In this document: positions 30,279 through 39,768 of the stretch, in pieces
Numbering within the stretch: the first letter of the stretch is position 1
Layout: each line of letters starts with the position of its first letter
Assembly: GCA_040755495.1 (NCBI GenBank)
Contig: JBFMAT010000014.1
Span: forward strand, 7,764 to 71,763
Length of the DNA stretch: 64,000 nucleotides
Direction: 5' to 3'
Source of the DNA: Chloroflexota bacterium
GTDB lineage: Bacteria; Chloroflexota; Limnocylindria; Limnocylindrales; CSP1-4
The notes under the pieces: model-generated
Seen by the model: only the letters and a program-made list of their open reading frames with translations
The model's database searches: none
Told to the model about the DNA's origin: nothing
Program-made: the position numbers and the translations under genes

Positions 30279-31559
30279 ATGGCGGTCGGGCGGGCGACGG
30301 CGGCGTGGGGGCGGGGCTTCGATCCCGATCGCCTCGCCGCGATCGAGCTGCGGATGTGGAAGGCGTACTACCGGCGCCAGCCGCTGCGCCTCCTGGCGCT
30401 CCTCGTCCAGGCCAATCGCGAGCAGGCGCGGGCGTCGTGGCCGCGGGCCGTGGCGGCGGCGCTGTTCCTCGCCCGGGCCGCCGCGGGCTTCGGCCGCGCG
30501 ACCGGCGACTACGACCGCTTCCTGCCCGACATCGTGCGCGGCTACCGGGCGCTGGGGCTGCCGCCGGACGTCGACGCCGAGGCCGTGGCCCGTCGCGAGC
30601 TCCGCTGGTGGGTCGTGCGGCGCGAGATCGGGCTCGACGCGGGCGAGGCGGCCGGGGACGTGATCGCCGACCTGTACGCGACCCTGTACGGGGTGCCCAG
30701 GGCCGACGTCGCCGAGGCCGGCCGGCTGCGCGGGTTGGCGGCCGAGCTCCGCGATCGCGGCGCGGCGGACGACCCGGACGGTCCCCGGGGCGCCGGCCGC
30801 GCCTACTGGCCGGGGGTGGCGCGGCTGCTGCGCGAGTCGTACCGCAGCCTGGCCGCCGCGGTCCGCCTTCCCTCCGGCGCCCCCGCGACCGGCGCCCGGG
30901 ACGCCGAGCACGCCGGGACCGCCGAGCACGCCGACATCGCCGAGCACGCCGGGACCGCCGGGGACGGCGCGGCGCTCGCCGCCTCCCCCGCGGCCAACGA
31001 CTACCACTTCGTCACCACCTGGCGCCTGCCGGCGACGCGCGACGAGATCACCGACGTCCTCTCGGACGCCGCCGACCTCGCCCGCTGGTGGCCGTCGGTC
31101 TATCTCGAGGTCCACGTGCGCGAGCCGGGCGACGAGCGGGGCGTGGGCCGGGTGGTGGACCTCCACACCAAGGGCTGGCTGCCGTACACGCTGCGCTGGC
31201 GGTTCCGTGTCGTCGAGTCGCGGCCGCCGGAGGGGTTCACCATCGCGGCCGAGGGCGACTTCGCGGGCCGCGGGGTGTGGACCCTGCGCGAGGTGGCCGG
31301 TGCGGGCACGCCGGGCGGGCCGGTGACCGAGGTGGAGTACGACTGGCGGATCCGGGCCGAGAAGGGGCTCCTGCGCTCGCTGTCACCGGTGATGCGCCCG
31401 GTGTTCGGCGCCAACCACCGGTGGGCGATGGCGCGCGGCGAGGCGAGCCTGCGGCTCGAGCTCGCCCGGCGGCGGGCGGCGGGCGATGCCGCGATCCTGG
31501 CCGCGATCCCGGAGCCGCCGGGACCCACGTTCCCGCACGGCCGCCGGCGCCGCCGCTGA
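30279..31559 (+). CDS. Two-domain protein: N-terminal unknown domain + C-terminal SRPBCC (polyketide cyclase/START-like) domain, with AEHAGT repeat linker
   Basis: The C-terminus (YHFVTTWRLPATRDEITDVL...WWPSVYLEV...) is Polyketide_cyc2-like. An 18-bp tandem repeat x3 encodes AEHAGT/AEHADI. Confidence 0.55.
   Translation: MAVGRATAAWGRGFDPDRLAAIELRMWKAYYRRQPLRLLALLVQANREQARASWPRAVAAALFLARAAAGFGRATGDYDRFLPDIVRGYRALGLPPDVDAEAVARRELRWWVVRREIGLDAGEAAGDVIADLYATLYGVPRADVAEAGRLRGLAAELRDRGAADDPDGPRGAGRAYWPGVARLLRESYRSLAAAVRLPSGAPATGARDAEHAGTAEHADIAEHAGTAGDGAALAASPAANDYHFVTTWRLPATRDEITDVLSDAADLARWWPSVYLEVHVREPGDERGVGRVVDLHTKGWLPYTLRWRFRVVESRPPEGFTIAAEGDFAGRGVWTLREVAGAGTPGGPVTEVEYDWRIRAEKGLLRSLSPVMRPVFGANHRWAMARGEASLRLELARRRAAGDAAILAAIPEPPGPTFPHGRRRRR
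30903..30956. repeat. 18-bp in-frame tandem repeat x3 (GCCGAGCACGCCGGGACC / ...GACATC)
   Basis: Read directly from the sequence. Confidence 0.8.
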
Positions 31560-31570
31560 CGGGACGCCGG

Positions 31571-32527
31571 TCAGGCGGTCGCCCGGACCTCGGCGTCGGT
31601 GTCGCCCGGGCACACGCCGTACAGGTTCGCGCAGCCCACGAGGTGGCCCGGCTCGGCCTCCACCATCGCCGGCTGCCCGGCCGCCGGGGAGGCGGTGACG
31701 GTGTCGTGGTAGCAGCAGGCGTCGGCCTTGCCGGAGCGCGGCCCCGTGCCCCACTTCTCGTGCAGCCGGGGCACCGCCCCCAGCAGCTGCTGCGTGTACG
31801 GGTGGAGCGGGTTCCCGAACACCGCGGTCGTGGGGCCGCTCTCCACCACGCGGCCGCGCCGGAGGATGATCGCCCGCTCGCTGATGTAGTTGGCCAGCGA
31901 CAGGTCGTGGGTGATGAACAGGATCCCGAGGCCCCGGGCCTTGAGGTCGCCGAGCAGGTTGAGGACGTCGATCCGCGTCGACGCGTCGAGCATGCTGATG
32001 ATCTCGTCGGCGACCAGGAACCGGGTGTCGAGCAGCAGCGCCCGGGCGATGAGCACCCGCTGGAGCTGCCCGCCGCTGAGCTGGTGCGGGTACTTGTGGA
32101 GGACCTGGCCGCCCTCGAGCCCGACGCTCGCCAGCGCCTCGTCCACGCGCCGCCGCCAGCCGTCGTCCGCCTGGCCGCCGCCGAGGAGCCCGCGGAGCAG
32201 GCTGAACACGTGGTCGACCTTGAAGATCGGGTTGAACGAGCTGAACGGGTCCTGGAACACGCCCTGGACGACGCGGTAGTAGGCCCGCAGGGCGGGGCCG
32301 CGGAGCGCGGCGATGTCCTCGCCGTCGAGCGTGATCCGCCCGCCGTTGACCGAGATCAGGCGCAGGATCATCCGCCCGATCGTCGTCTTGCCGCTGCCGC
32401 TCTCGCCGATCAGCGACACCACCTCGCCCTGCGCGACCGAGAAGTCCGCCTCGCGCACGGCCACCAGCCGGCCGCCGCCGAAGGCGCCGATCCGGTAGGT
32501 CTTCGAGGCGCGTTCGAGGGTCAGCAT
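31571..32527 (-). CDS. ABC transporter ATP-binding protein (DppF/OppF-type)
   Basis: Walker A GESGSGKTT, signature LSGGQLQRV, and an oligopeptide-type C-terminal extension. Confidence 0.85.
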   Translation of the reverse strand: MLTLERASKTYRIGAFGGGRLVAVREADFSVAQGEVVSLIGESGSGKTTIGRMILRLISVNGGRITLDGEDIAALRGPALRAYYRVVQGVFQDPFSSFNPIFKVDHVFSLLRGLLGGGQADDGWRRRVDEALASVGLEGGQVLHKYPHQLSGGQLQRVLIARALLLDTRFLVADEIISMLDASTRIDVLNLLGDLKARGLGILFITHDLSLANYISERAIILRRGRVVESGPTTAVFGNPLHPYTQQLLGAVPRLHEKWGTGPRSGKADACCYHDTVTASPAAGQPAMVEAEPGHLVGCANLYGVCPGDTDAEVRATA

Positions 32528-33477
32528 CAGGCGACCTTCCAGCACGCCACGGCGTGCTCCGGGGCGACCTCGACGAACGGCGGCTGCGTCTCGCACTCGG
32601 CATCGGCGAGCGGGCAGCGGGTCCGGAACCGGCAACCGGTGGGCGGGTTGAGCAGCGACGGCGGCGCGCCCGGGATCCCGGCCAGCCGCGCGTCGGCGAA
32701 CCGCACGCCCATCTCCGGCAGGGACGAGATCAGCAGCCGCGTGTAGGGGTGGAGGGGCCGCTCCATCAGCTCCTCGGTGGGCGCCTTCTCGGCCAGGCGG
32801 CCCGCGTACATGATCGCGAGCGTGTCGGCGATCTGGTACAGGATCGAGACGTCGTGGGTGACCACGATCATGGCCCGGACGAACCCCTCGTCGCGGAACT
32901 GGACCAGCGTCTGGGCGACCGCCTTCTGGCTGGACACGTCGAGGGCCGAGGTGATCTCGTCCGCGATCAGCAGCGAGGGGTCGAGCAGCGTGGAGATCAC
33001 CATCACGACCCGCTGCTTCATGCCCCCCGACAGCTCGATCGGGTAGCGCCGCAGGACGTCCTCCTGGAGGCCCACCAGCGCCAGCCGCCGCCTGAGCTCG
33101 GCCTCGTACTCCTCGTGGCGGACGCCGCGCGACTCGAGCAGCTCGTCGATCATCCGCCCGATCCGCCGGGTGGGGTTGAGGGCGCTCATCGCGTACTGGG
33201 GGATGATCGAGACCAGCTTGTAGCGGTACTCGCGCATCGCGTCCCCGTCCGCGATCGGCAGCTCGATGCCGTCGAGGACGACGCTGCCGCCGACGTGGCG
33301 CATCCGGCCGTCGATCCGGATCAGGCTGTTGCCGAACGTGGACTTGCCACAACCGGACTCGCCGGCGAGGCCCATGATCTCGCCCTCGGCGACCCCCAGC
33401 GTGACGCCGTCGAGCGCCTTCACGTCGCCGGCCAGGGTCCGGTAGTAGACGCGCAGGTCCGTGACCTCGAGGCCCAT
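32527..33477 (-). CDS. ABC transporter ATP-binding protein (DppD/OppD-type)
   Basis: Walker A GESGCGKST, signature LSGGMKQRV, and a C-terminal CxxxxC-containing tail. Confidence 0.85.
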   Translation of the reverse strand: MGLEVTDLRVYYRTLAGDVKALDGVTLGVAEGEIMGLAGESGCGKSTFGNSLIRIDGRMRHVGGSVVLDGIELPIADGDAMREYRYKLVSIIPQYAMSALNPTRRIGRMIDELLESRGVRHEEYEAELRRRLALVGLQEDVLRRYPIELSGGMKQRVVMVISTLLDPSLLIADEITSALDVSSQKAVAQTLVQFRDEGFVRAMIVVTHDVSILYQIADTLAIMYAGRLAEKAPTEELMERPLHPYTRLLISSLPEMGVRFADARLAGIPGAPPSLLNPPTGCRFRTRCPLADAECETQPPFVEVAPEHAVACWKVA

Positions 33478-33478
33478 C

Positions 33479-34369
33479 TCAGGACTCCCGGAGCCGCGGG
33501 TTGAAGATCTCGTCGAGCCCCACGTTCATCACGTACAGCGAGCCGACGATGGCCGTGATGGCGACCCCCGGCGGGACGAACCACCACCACAGCCCCAGCT
33601 GCAGGGCGCTCCAGGCCACCGAGTTGTACATCATCAGCCCCAGCGACACGCCCGACGTCGGCCCCAGCCCGATGAAGTCCAGCGAGGCGGCGATCAGGAT
33701 CGAGCCGCCGAACAGCAGGATGAACGTCATGAACAGGTAGGAGCTCATGTTGGGCGCGATCTCGCCGAAGATCACCCGCCAGGCCGGGACGCCGCTGATC
33801 CGGGCCAGGTCCACGAACTCGCGGGCGTTGAGCGAGAACGTCTGGGCGCGGATGGCGCGGGCCGCCCAGGGCCACGAGGTGAGCCCGATGAACGCGGCCT
33901 CGATCACGATCCCGCGGGCCTTGAAGAACGCGGTCACGACCACCAGCAGGGCGATGGTGGGGATCACCAGCACGATGTTGGTGACCATGTTCAGGATCTC
34001 GTCCGTGATCCCGCCGCGGTAGCCCGCGACGAAGCCCACGGTCACCCCGATCAGCGCGGCGATGCCGCCGCCGGCCAGGCCCACGGCGAACGTCGAGCCG
34101 AGGCCGTACAGGAACTGGGCGAACACGTCCTGCCCGAAGGTGGTGGTCCCGAACCAGTACTCGGCCGAGGGGGCGGCGCCCAGCGGGCCGACGAACGCGT
34201 TGGGATCGCCGGGCCGGATCGTGGGGCCCAGCGCGGCGAGCACGAGGAACGCGGCGATGATCGCCGTGGAGATCAGGATCTTGCGGCTGCGCAGGACGAA
34301 GTACCGGACCTCGCGCGCCCGCCCGACCGACTCGCCCGCCTTCGGGATCTGGCCGGCCAGGGCGGTCAC
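33479..34369 (-). CDS. ABC transporter permease (DppC/OppC-type)
   Basis: Six-TM BPD_transp_1-type sequence. GTG start at 34369 overlapping the upstream stop. Confidence 0.85.
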   Translation of the reverse strand: MTALAGQIPKAGESVGRAREVRYFVLRSRKILISTAIIAAFLVLAALGPTIRPGDPNAFVGPLGAAPSAEYWFGTTTFGQDVFAQFLYGLGSTFAVGLAGGGIAALIGVTVGFVAGYRGGITDEILNMVTNIVLVIPTIALLVVVTAFFKARGIVIEAAFIGLTSWPWAARAIRAQTFSLNAREFVDLARISGVPAWRVIFGEIAPNMSSYLFMTFILLFGGSILIAASLDFIGLGPTSGVSLGLMMYNSVAWSALQLGLWWWFVPPGVAITAIVGSLYVMNVGLDEIFNPRLRES

Positions 34370-35358
34370 GCCGTGCCCCCGCTCATCCCGACCCGCGTCC
34401 GCGGGTCCAGCAGGACGTAGGCGATGTCGACCAGGAAGTTCGCGATCAGCGTACCCACGATCACGAACAGGAAGATGCCCTGGAGCAGGAAGTAGTCCTC
34501 GTTCTGGACGGCCGCCAGCAGGAGCTTGCCGAGTCCCGGGTAGCTGAACACGATCTCGGTCACCAGCGCGCCCGCGACGATCACGCCCAGCTGCAGCGCG
34601 AGGCCGGTGACCTGGGGCAGCACGGCGTTGCGGAACGCGTAGCGCCGGACGAGGCCGCTGGGCGCACCCAGGGCGTCGAGGTACTTGGAGTAGTCGGCGT
34701 CCAGCTCGTAGATGATCATGTTGCGCATCCCGATCGCCCAGCCGCCGAACATGACCATGAACAGCGACAGGAACGGCATCACCCAGTGCGCGAACAGGTC
34801 CATCGCGAACGCCCAAGTGAGCGACGGCTCGAGCGCGTAGCTGTAGCCGCCCGAGATGGGGAACACCCGGAGGACCGATCCCAGGACCCAGGCGACCATG
34901 ATCGCGAGCCACATGTAGGGCGCGGCGCTCAGGATGTAGCCGACGGGCAGGATCGCGTCGTCCAGGTACCGTCGGCGGGCGGCGAGCGCCCCGAACTTGT
35001 TGCCGGCCCACCAGCTGAGGAGGATGGCCGGGATCAGCAGGCCGAGGGTGTACGGCAGCGCGGCCAGGATCACGTCGGTCACGGGACGCCCGGACAGGTA
35101 CACGCTGCGGCCCAGGTCACCCTGGAGCAGCGATCCCCAGAAGTTGAGGTACTGCTGCCAGATCGGCTGGTCGAGGCCGAACAGCGCGTTGTAGTAGGCG
35201 ATCAGGTCCGGGACCGCCTCGGGCGCGACCTGGTGCCGCGAGAGCAGGCTCTGGACGGGGTCCCCGGGCATGAAGCGGGGGATCATCCAGTTGACCGTGG
35301 CCGCGACGAAGAAGGTCAGCCCGTAGATGAGGAGCTTGCGGCCGAAGTAGCGTCGCAC
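34366..35358 (-). CDS. ABC transporter permease (DppB/OppB-type)
   Basis: VRRYFGRKLLIYGLTFFVAATVNWMIPRF N-terminus typical of DppB. The start was refined to the GTG at 35358. Confidence 0.8.
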   Translation of the reverse strand: MRRYFGRKLLIYGLTFFVAATVNWMIPRFMPGDPVQSLLSRHQVAPEAVPDLIAYYNALFGLDQPIWQQYLNFWGSLLQGDLGRSVYLSGRPVTDVILAALPYTLGLLIPAILLSWWAGNKFGALAARRRYLDDAILPVGYILSAAPYMWLAIMVAWVLGSVLRVFPISGGYSYALEPSLTWAFAMDLFAHWVMPFLSLFMVMFGGWAIGMRNMIIYELDADYSKYLDALGAPSGLVRRYAFRNAVLPQVTGLALQLGVIVAGALVTEIVFSYPGLGKLLLAAVQNEDYFLLQGIFLFVIVGTLIANFLVDIAYVLLDPRTRVGMSGGTA

Positions 35359-35393
35359 TCGGTCTCCCGCTGGGTCGGGCGAGCCCCGCAAGC

Positions 35394-35422
35394 GGCTCCC
35401 CCGCCCGTGGGGCGGGGGAGCC
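35394..35422. other. Perfect 13-bp-stem hairpin (GGCTCCCCCGCCC gtg GGGCGGGGGAGCC) between substrate-binding-protein and permease genes
   Basis: Read directly. There is no T-run, so it is probably an mRNA-stability or attenuation element rather than an intrinsic terminator. Confidence 0.5.
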
Positions 35423-35438
35423 TCGGAGGAGCGGGGTT

Positions 35439-37205
35439 CTAGGGCTGGACCAGCTCGAGCTGGGTCAGCATCTTGACGGCACCCATCTGCCAGTACCCGT
35501 TCCAGGTGGCCGGCAGGATCTGGTTCGCCCCGTCCGACGGCCAGTTGGTCCAGACCACGTTGCTGACCTGGGACCACATCCCGTTGTACCAGAGCGGGAT
35601 CACCGGCATCTCGGTGAGCGAGATCTTCTGCAGCTTGCTGGTGATGGCCTGCATCGCCGCCACGTCGTCGACGGGCGTCTTGTCGAGCTCCTGGACGAGC
35701 GCCCAGGCCTCGGGGTTCTCGTAGCCACCGTAGTTGCGGTTCTTGCCGGCGCCCTCCATGAGCGGCATCCGGAACATGTAGTCGTAGTAGGTCCAGGGCG
35801 TGTTCGAGATCTGGACCTCGTTGTTGACGACCAGGTCGAAGTCGAAGTTGTTGCGGGCATCGACGAGGCCGTTGTAGTCGACGATCCGGGCCTCGGCGTT
35901 GATGCCGGCCGCGATCAGGCTCGAGATGATCACGTCACGCGCGGCCTCCCAGTCGGACCAGCCGGTGGGGACCATGATCGTGAGTTTGATCGGCGAGCCG
36001 TCCTTGTTGGTGTAGAACCCGTCGCCGCCCTTCTTGTAGCCCGCGGCGTCGAGCAGCGACGCGGCCTTGGCCGGGTCGTACTTGAAGCCGAGCGCGTCGC
36101 GCTGGGCGGTGTCGACGTACTTCTCCCAGGTGGGCAGCAGGCCCGTCGGGTCGGCGGCCTTGACGATGTTGCCGTACACCTTGTTGACGATGTCCGGGAC
36201 GTTGACCGCGTGGGCGATCGCGAGCCGGAACTGCGGGTCGTCGAGCGGCGGCTTCTTGTCGTTGGTGACCAGCCACGCCGTGTTGCCCGACAGCATGTAC
36301 GGCGCCTCGGGGAAGTAGGTGCTCACGTACCCGTTGTCCACCAGGGTGGCGATGCCGGGCAGGAAGTTGTTGGACAGGTCGATGCCGCCCTGCATCAGCA
36401 GGCCGAGCGCGACGTTGTTGGCGCCGTTGACGATGTCGACGATGTACTTGGGCTTGGCCTCGAGGCCGAGTGCCGTCTTCGCCCACCAGGTCTCGTTCCG
36501 CTCGTAGACCATGCGGTCCTCGGCGGCGGTCTTGTACTTGTAGGGGCCCGTGCCCACGCCGTTGGCGTTGGTGTCGGTCAGGATGTCCTCGTTGGCCTTG
36601 GACTCCCAGATGTGCTTGGGCAGGATCGGCTTGTCGTACGTCCACAGCGCCCACTCCTGGTAGGCGGGGTCACTGAACTTGACGACAACGGTGGACGGGT
36701 CGGTGGCCGTGGCGTCGGTGACGTAGTCCCAGATGTTCCAGCCGACCGCCTTGATCTTGCCCAGGCCGATGGTGAACGCCACGTCGTCGGCGGTGAACGG
36801 GGTCCCGTCAGACCAGGTCACGCCCGAGCGGACCTTGATGGTGTAGGTCGTGGGGTCGGTCCAGGTCGCGCTCTCGGCGAGCCAGGGATCGAACGTGTCG
36901 GCGAGCGGGTCGTACAGGAACAGGCTCTCGTACTGGAGCCCGACGGTGCCCATCGCCGCATTCGGGTCGAGCGGGTTCCACGTCGACGGCGGACCCCACT
37001 GCTTGCCCGTGGTGTACAGGGTCTCGTTGCGCGGGTAGGTCTCGGCGCCCGAGGACGGCGCCGGCGTCACCTCGGCCGATGCCCCGGGCGTCGCGGGGGC
37101 GACGGTCTCGCCTCCCGGGCTCGCGGTCTGGCCGCTCGTGCCGCACGCGCCGACCACGATGCTCGCGATCGCGAGCAGGGCGGCGAGCCGCTTCGTGTAT
37201 GCCAT
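35439..37205 (-). CDS. ABC transporter substrate-binding lipoprotein, family 5 (peptide/oligosaccharide-binding)
   Basis: MAYTKRLAALLAIASIVVGAC lipobox, 588 aa with an SBP_bac_5-like body. An RBS (ggaggag) lies upstream. Confidence 0.85.
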   Translation of the reverse strand: MAYTKRLAALLAIASIVVGACGTSGQTASPGGETVAPATPGASAEVTPAPSSGAETYPRNETLYTTGKQWGPPSTWNPLDPNAAMGTVGLQYESLFLYDPLADTFDPWLAESATWTDPTTYTIKVRSGVTWSDGTPFTADDVAFTIGLGKIKAVGWNIWDYVTDATATDPSTVVVKFSDPAYQEWALWTYDKPILPKHIWESKANEDILTDTNANGVGTGPYKYKTAAEDRMVYERNETWWAKTALGLEAKPKYIVDIVNGANNVALGLLMQGGIDLSNNFLPGIATLVDNGYVSTYFPEAPYMLSGNTAWLVTNDKKPPLDDPQFRLAIAHAVNVPDIVNKVYGNIVKAADPTGLLPTWEKYVDTAQRDALGFKYDPAKAASLLDAAGYKKGGDGFYTNKDGSPIKLTIMVPTGWSDWEAARDVIISSLIAAGINAEARIVDYNGLVDARNNFDFDLVVNNEVQISNTPWTYYDYMFRMPLMEGAGKNRNYGGYENPEAWALVQELDKTPVDDVAAMQAITSKLQKISLTEMPVIPLWYNGMWSQVSNVVWTNWPSDGANQILPATWNGYWQMGAVKMLTQLELVQP

Positions 37206-37267
37206 TGGCCGTTCTCCTCCACTGGTTCCCGTGATGCTTCGCGCGCTCGCGGAGGTGGTCTGCGATC

Positions 37268-38278
37268 TCAAGCCCGTGTCCCACCTCCCACCGTCGATTG
37301 CCGGATGACGAGCTCGGTCGGCAGCAGCACCCGGCGCGGTGCGCCGTCGCGGTCGCCGATCAGCTGGAACAGGCAGTTCACGGCCTCGGCCCCCTGGTCC
37401 CGGACGCCCTGGCGGATCGTCGTGAGCGGGGGATCCATGTGGGAGGCGAACTCGAGGTCGTCGAAGCCGGCGAGGGCGACGTCCTCGGGGATCCGCAGCC
37501 CGCGGGAGCGGATCACCTCGAGGGCGCCCAGCGCCGTCGAGTCGTTGGCGCAGAAGATGGCGTCGGCCCCCCGGTCGAGCAGGGCCTCGGCGCCCGCCGC
37601 GCCGGACGGGGTGTTGAAGTCGCCGTCCACCAGGAGGCCGTCGATCGGGAGCCCGGCCCGGTTCATCGCCCGGGTGTAGCCCGCGATCCGGTCCTCGCCG
37701 GCGACGGTCCGCCGCATGCCCGAGATGTGGCCCACCCGGCGCCGCCCGATCCCGATCAGGTGGGTCGTCATCGCGTCGGCAGCGTGGACGTTGTCGACGT
37801 CCACGTAGCTGGCAGACCGGTCCGCCTTGCGGTGCCCGACCAGCACCGTCGGCAGCGACGACGCGAGCAGGCCGTCGACGAGCGGGTCGTCGAGGTTGTG
37901 GGCCGTGACGATGACACCGTCGAGGAGGCCCATCGACAGGATCGTGTCGAGCGTCTCCTGCTTGGTCCGGTTGCCCAGCCACAGCATCATGCCGGCGGCG
38001 ACGTCCGCGAGGGCGCCGCTCATGCCCTGCATCAGCTGCCCGAAGTACGGGTCCTGGAACAGCAGGTGCGAGTCGATGTGCATCACCACGCCCACGACGC
38101 CGGACCGACCGGAGGCCAGGGAGCGGGCCGCGAGGTTGGGCCGGAAGTTCGTCTCGACGAGGACGCTCTGGACCCGCCGGCGCGTCCGCTCGGACACGCT
38201 GCCGCCGTTGATGACCCGCGAGACGGTGGCGCGCGAGACCCCGCTCAGGCGGGCGAGCTCGTCGATCGTCCTGGCCAT
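37268..38278 (-). CDS. LacI-family transcriptional regulator
   Basis: N-terminal HTH TIDELARLSGVSRATVSRVING plus a periplasmic-binding-fold effector domain. Confidence 0.85.
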   Translation of the reverse strand: MARTIDELARLSGVSRATVSRVINGGSVSERTRRRVQSVLVETNFRPNLAARSLASGRSGVVGVVMHIDSHLLFQDPYFGQLMQGMSGALADVAAGMMLWLGNRTKQETLDTILSMGLLDGVIVTAHNLDDPLVDGLLASSLPTVLVGHRKADRSASYVDVDNVHAADAMTTHLIGIGRRRVGHISGMRRTVAGEDRIAGYTRAMNRAGLPIDGLLVDGDFNTPSGAAGAEALLDRGADAIFCANDSTALGALEVIRSRGLRIPEDVALAGFDDLEFASHMDPPLTTIRQGVRDQGAEAVNCLFQLIGDRDGAPRRVLLPTELVIRQSTVGGGTRA

Positions 38279-38317
38279 CCGGATAGGGCTCCTCGGTGCA
38301 CGGGGACGCCGGCTGGA

Positions 38318-38333
38318 TTGGAAGCGCTTCCAA
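38318..38333. promoter_or_regulatory. Perfect 16-bp palindrome TTGGAAGCGCTTCCAA (LacI-family operator candidate); second inverted repeat GACAACgcgGTTGTC at 38344-38358
   Basis: Located in the divergent intergenic region between the lacI-family gene start (38278) and the GH1 start (38437). The central CG is flanked by a TGGAA/TTCCA motif like LacI/GalR-type operators. Confidence 0.5.
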
Positions 38334-38436
38334 AGTAGACGTCGACAACGCGGTTGTCAAGCGTCAGAATGGACATCCGCGGTACGATGTGGACGCGCAA
38401 TCCGATGAGACCGCTTTCATTCGAGAGGAGCTGAGG

Positions 38437-39768
38437 GTGCCGGAGGAGCCGTTCCCGCAGGGGTTCGCCTGGGGCGCCGCCACCGCCTCGTACCAGGTCG
38501 AGGGCGCCGTGACGGCGGACGGCCGCGGGGAGTCCATCTGGGACCGGTTCGCGCATACGCCCGGCCGGGTGGCCGGCGGCGACACGGGCGACGTCGCCTG
38601 CGACCACTACCACCGCTACCGCGAGGACGTGGCGCTGATGGCCGAGCTGGGCCTCGACGCCTACCGGTTCTCGGTGGCCTGGCCGCGGGTCGTGCCCACC
38701 GGCACGGGGGCCGTGAACGCCGCCGGGCTGGACTTCTACGACCGGCTGGTGGACGAGCTGTGCGCCCGGGGGATCGCCCCCCACGCGACGCTGTACCACT
38801 GGGACCTGCCCCAGGCGCTCGAGGACGCGGGCGGCTGGCCGGTGCGCGCCACCGCCGAGGCGTTCGCCGCCTATGCGGACGCCGTGGCCCGGCGGATCGG
38901 CGACCGGACGGCGGCGATCGCCACGATCAACGAGCCGTGGTGCCCGAGCTACCTCGGGTACCGGGTCGGCGTCCACGCGCCCGGCCGCGCCGAGCCCGAC
39001 GCCGCCCTGGCGGCCGCCCACCACCTGCTGGTCGGGCACGGGCTGGCGATCCAGGCGATCCGCGCCGCCGCCCCCGGGACGCCGGCCGGGATCGTCCTCA
39101 ACTTCGAGCCCAAGCGGCCGGCCACGGCGCACCCGCTGGACCTCGAGGCGGCCGCGGTCGAGCACGACCAGTACAACCGCTGGTTCCTCGACCCGCTCAC
39201 CGGCGGCGACTATCCGGAGGCCGGCGCCCGCGCCTGGGGCTGGCGCCGGTCCGAGGTCCTGCCGGGCGACCTGGCGCTGGTCGCGGCGCCGATCGACTTC
39301 ATGGGCATCAACTACTACACCTGCCGGACCGTCCGCTCCCCGCTGCTGCCGCCGCTCGACGCGCCGGACGTCCCGCCCGAGCAGACCTCGCAGGGCTGGG
39401 AGGTGCACCCCGAGGGGCTCACCGAGGTCCTCGAGCTGGTGCACTCGCGGACCGGCGACCTGCCCCTGTACGTGACCGAGAACGGTGCGGCCTACGACAC
39501 CCCCGCCGGTGGCGACCGGACCCACGACCCCGACCGGGTCAGCTACCTGCGGCGGCACGTGGCGGCGGCGCGGGCGGCGATCGCGGCGGGCGTGCCCCTG
39601 AAGGGCTACTTCGTGTGGTCGCTGTTCGACAACTTCGAGTGGCACGAGGGGTACGCGCACCGGTTCGGGATCGTGGACGTGGACTTCGCGACGCAGGAGC
39701 GACGGGTGCGCGACAGCGGCCGCTACTGGGCGTCGCTGGCCGCGGCGCAGCACGCGGTGGCGGCGTGA
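38437..39768 (+). CDS. bglB: Glycoside hydrolase family 1 beta-glucosidase
   Basis: [14 protein letters not shown], catalytic TINEPW (acid/base Glu) and YVTENG (nucleophile Glu). GTG start with a gagaggag RBS. Confidence 0.9.
   Translation: MPEEPFPQGFAWGAATASYQVEGAVTADGRGESIWDRFAHTPGRVAGGDTGDVACDHYHRYREDVALMAELGLDAYRFSVAWPRVVPTGTGAVNAAGLDFYDRLVDELCARGIAPHATLYHWDLPQALEDAGGWPVRATAEAFAAYADAVARRIGDRTAAIATINEPWCPSYLGYRVGVHAPGRAEPDAALAAAHHLLVGHGLAIQAIRAAAPGTPAGIVLNFEPKRPATAHPLDLEAAAVEHDQYNRWFLDPLTGGDYPEAGARAWGWRRSEVLPGDLALVAAPIDFMGINYYTCRTVRSPLLPPLDAPDVPPEQTSQGWEVHPEGLTEVLELVHSRTGDLPLYVTENGAAYDTPAGGDRTHDPDRVSYLRRHVAAARAAIAAGVPLKGYFVWSLFDNFEWHEGYAHRFGIVDVDFATQERRVRDSGRYWASLAAAQHAVAA

Noticed and set aside
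35439-38360. 973-aa single-frame ORF apparently fusing the SBP with an upstream region
   Set aside because: Only 35439..37205 (from MAYTKRL with a lipobox and RBS) is supported. The upstream part overlaps the LacI gene in another frame and is Arg/Gly-rich.
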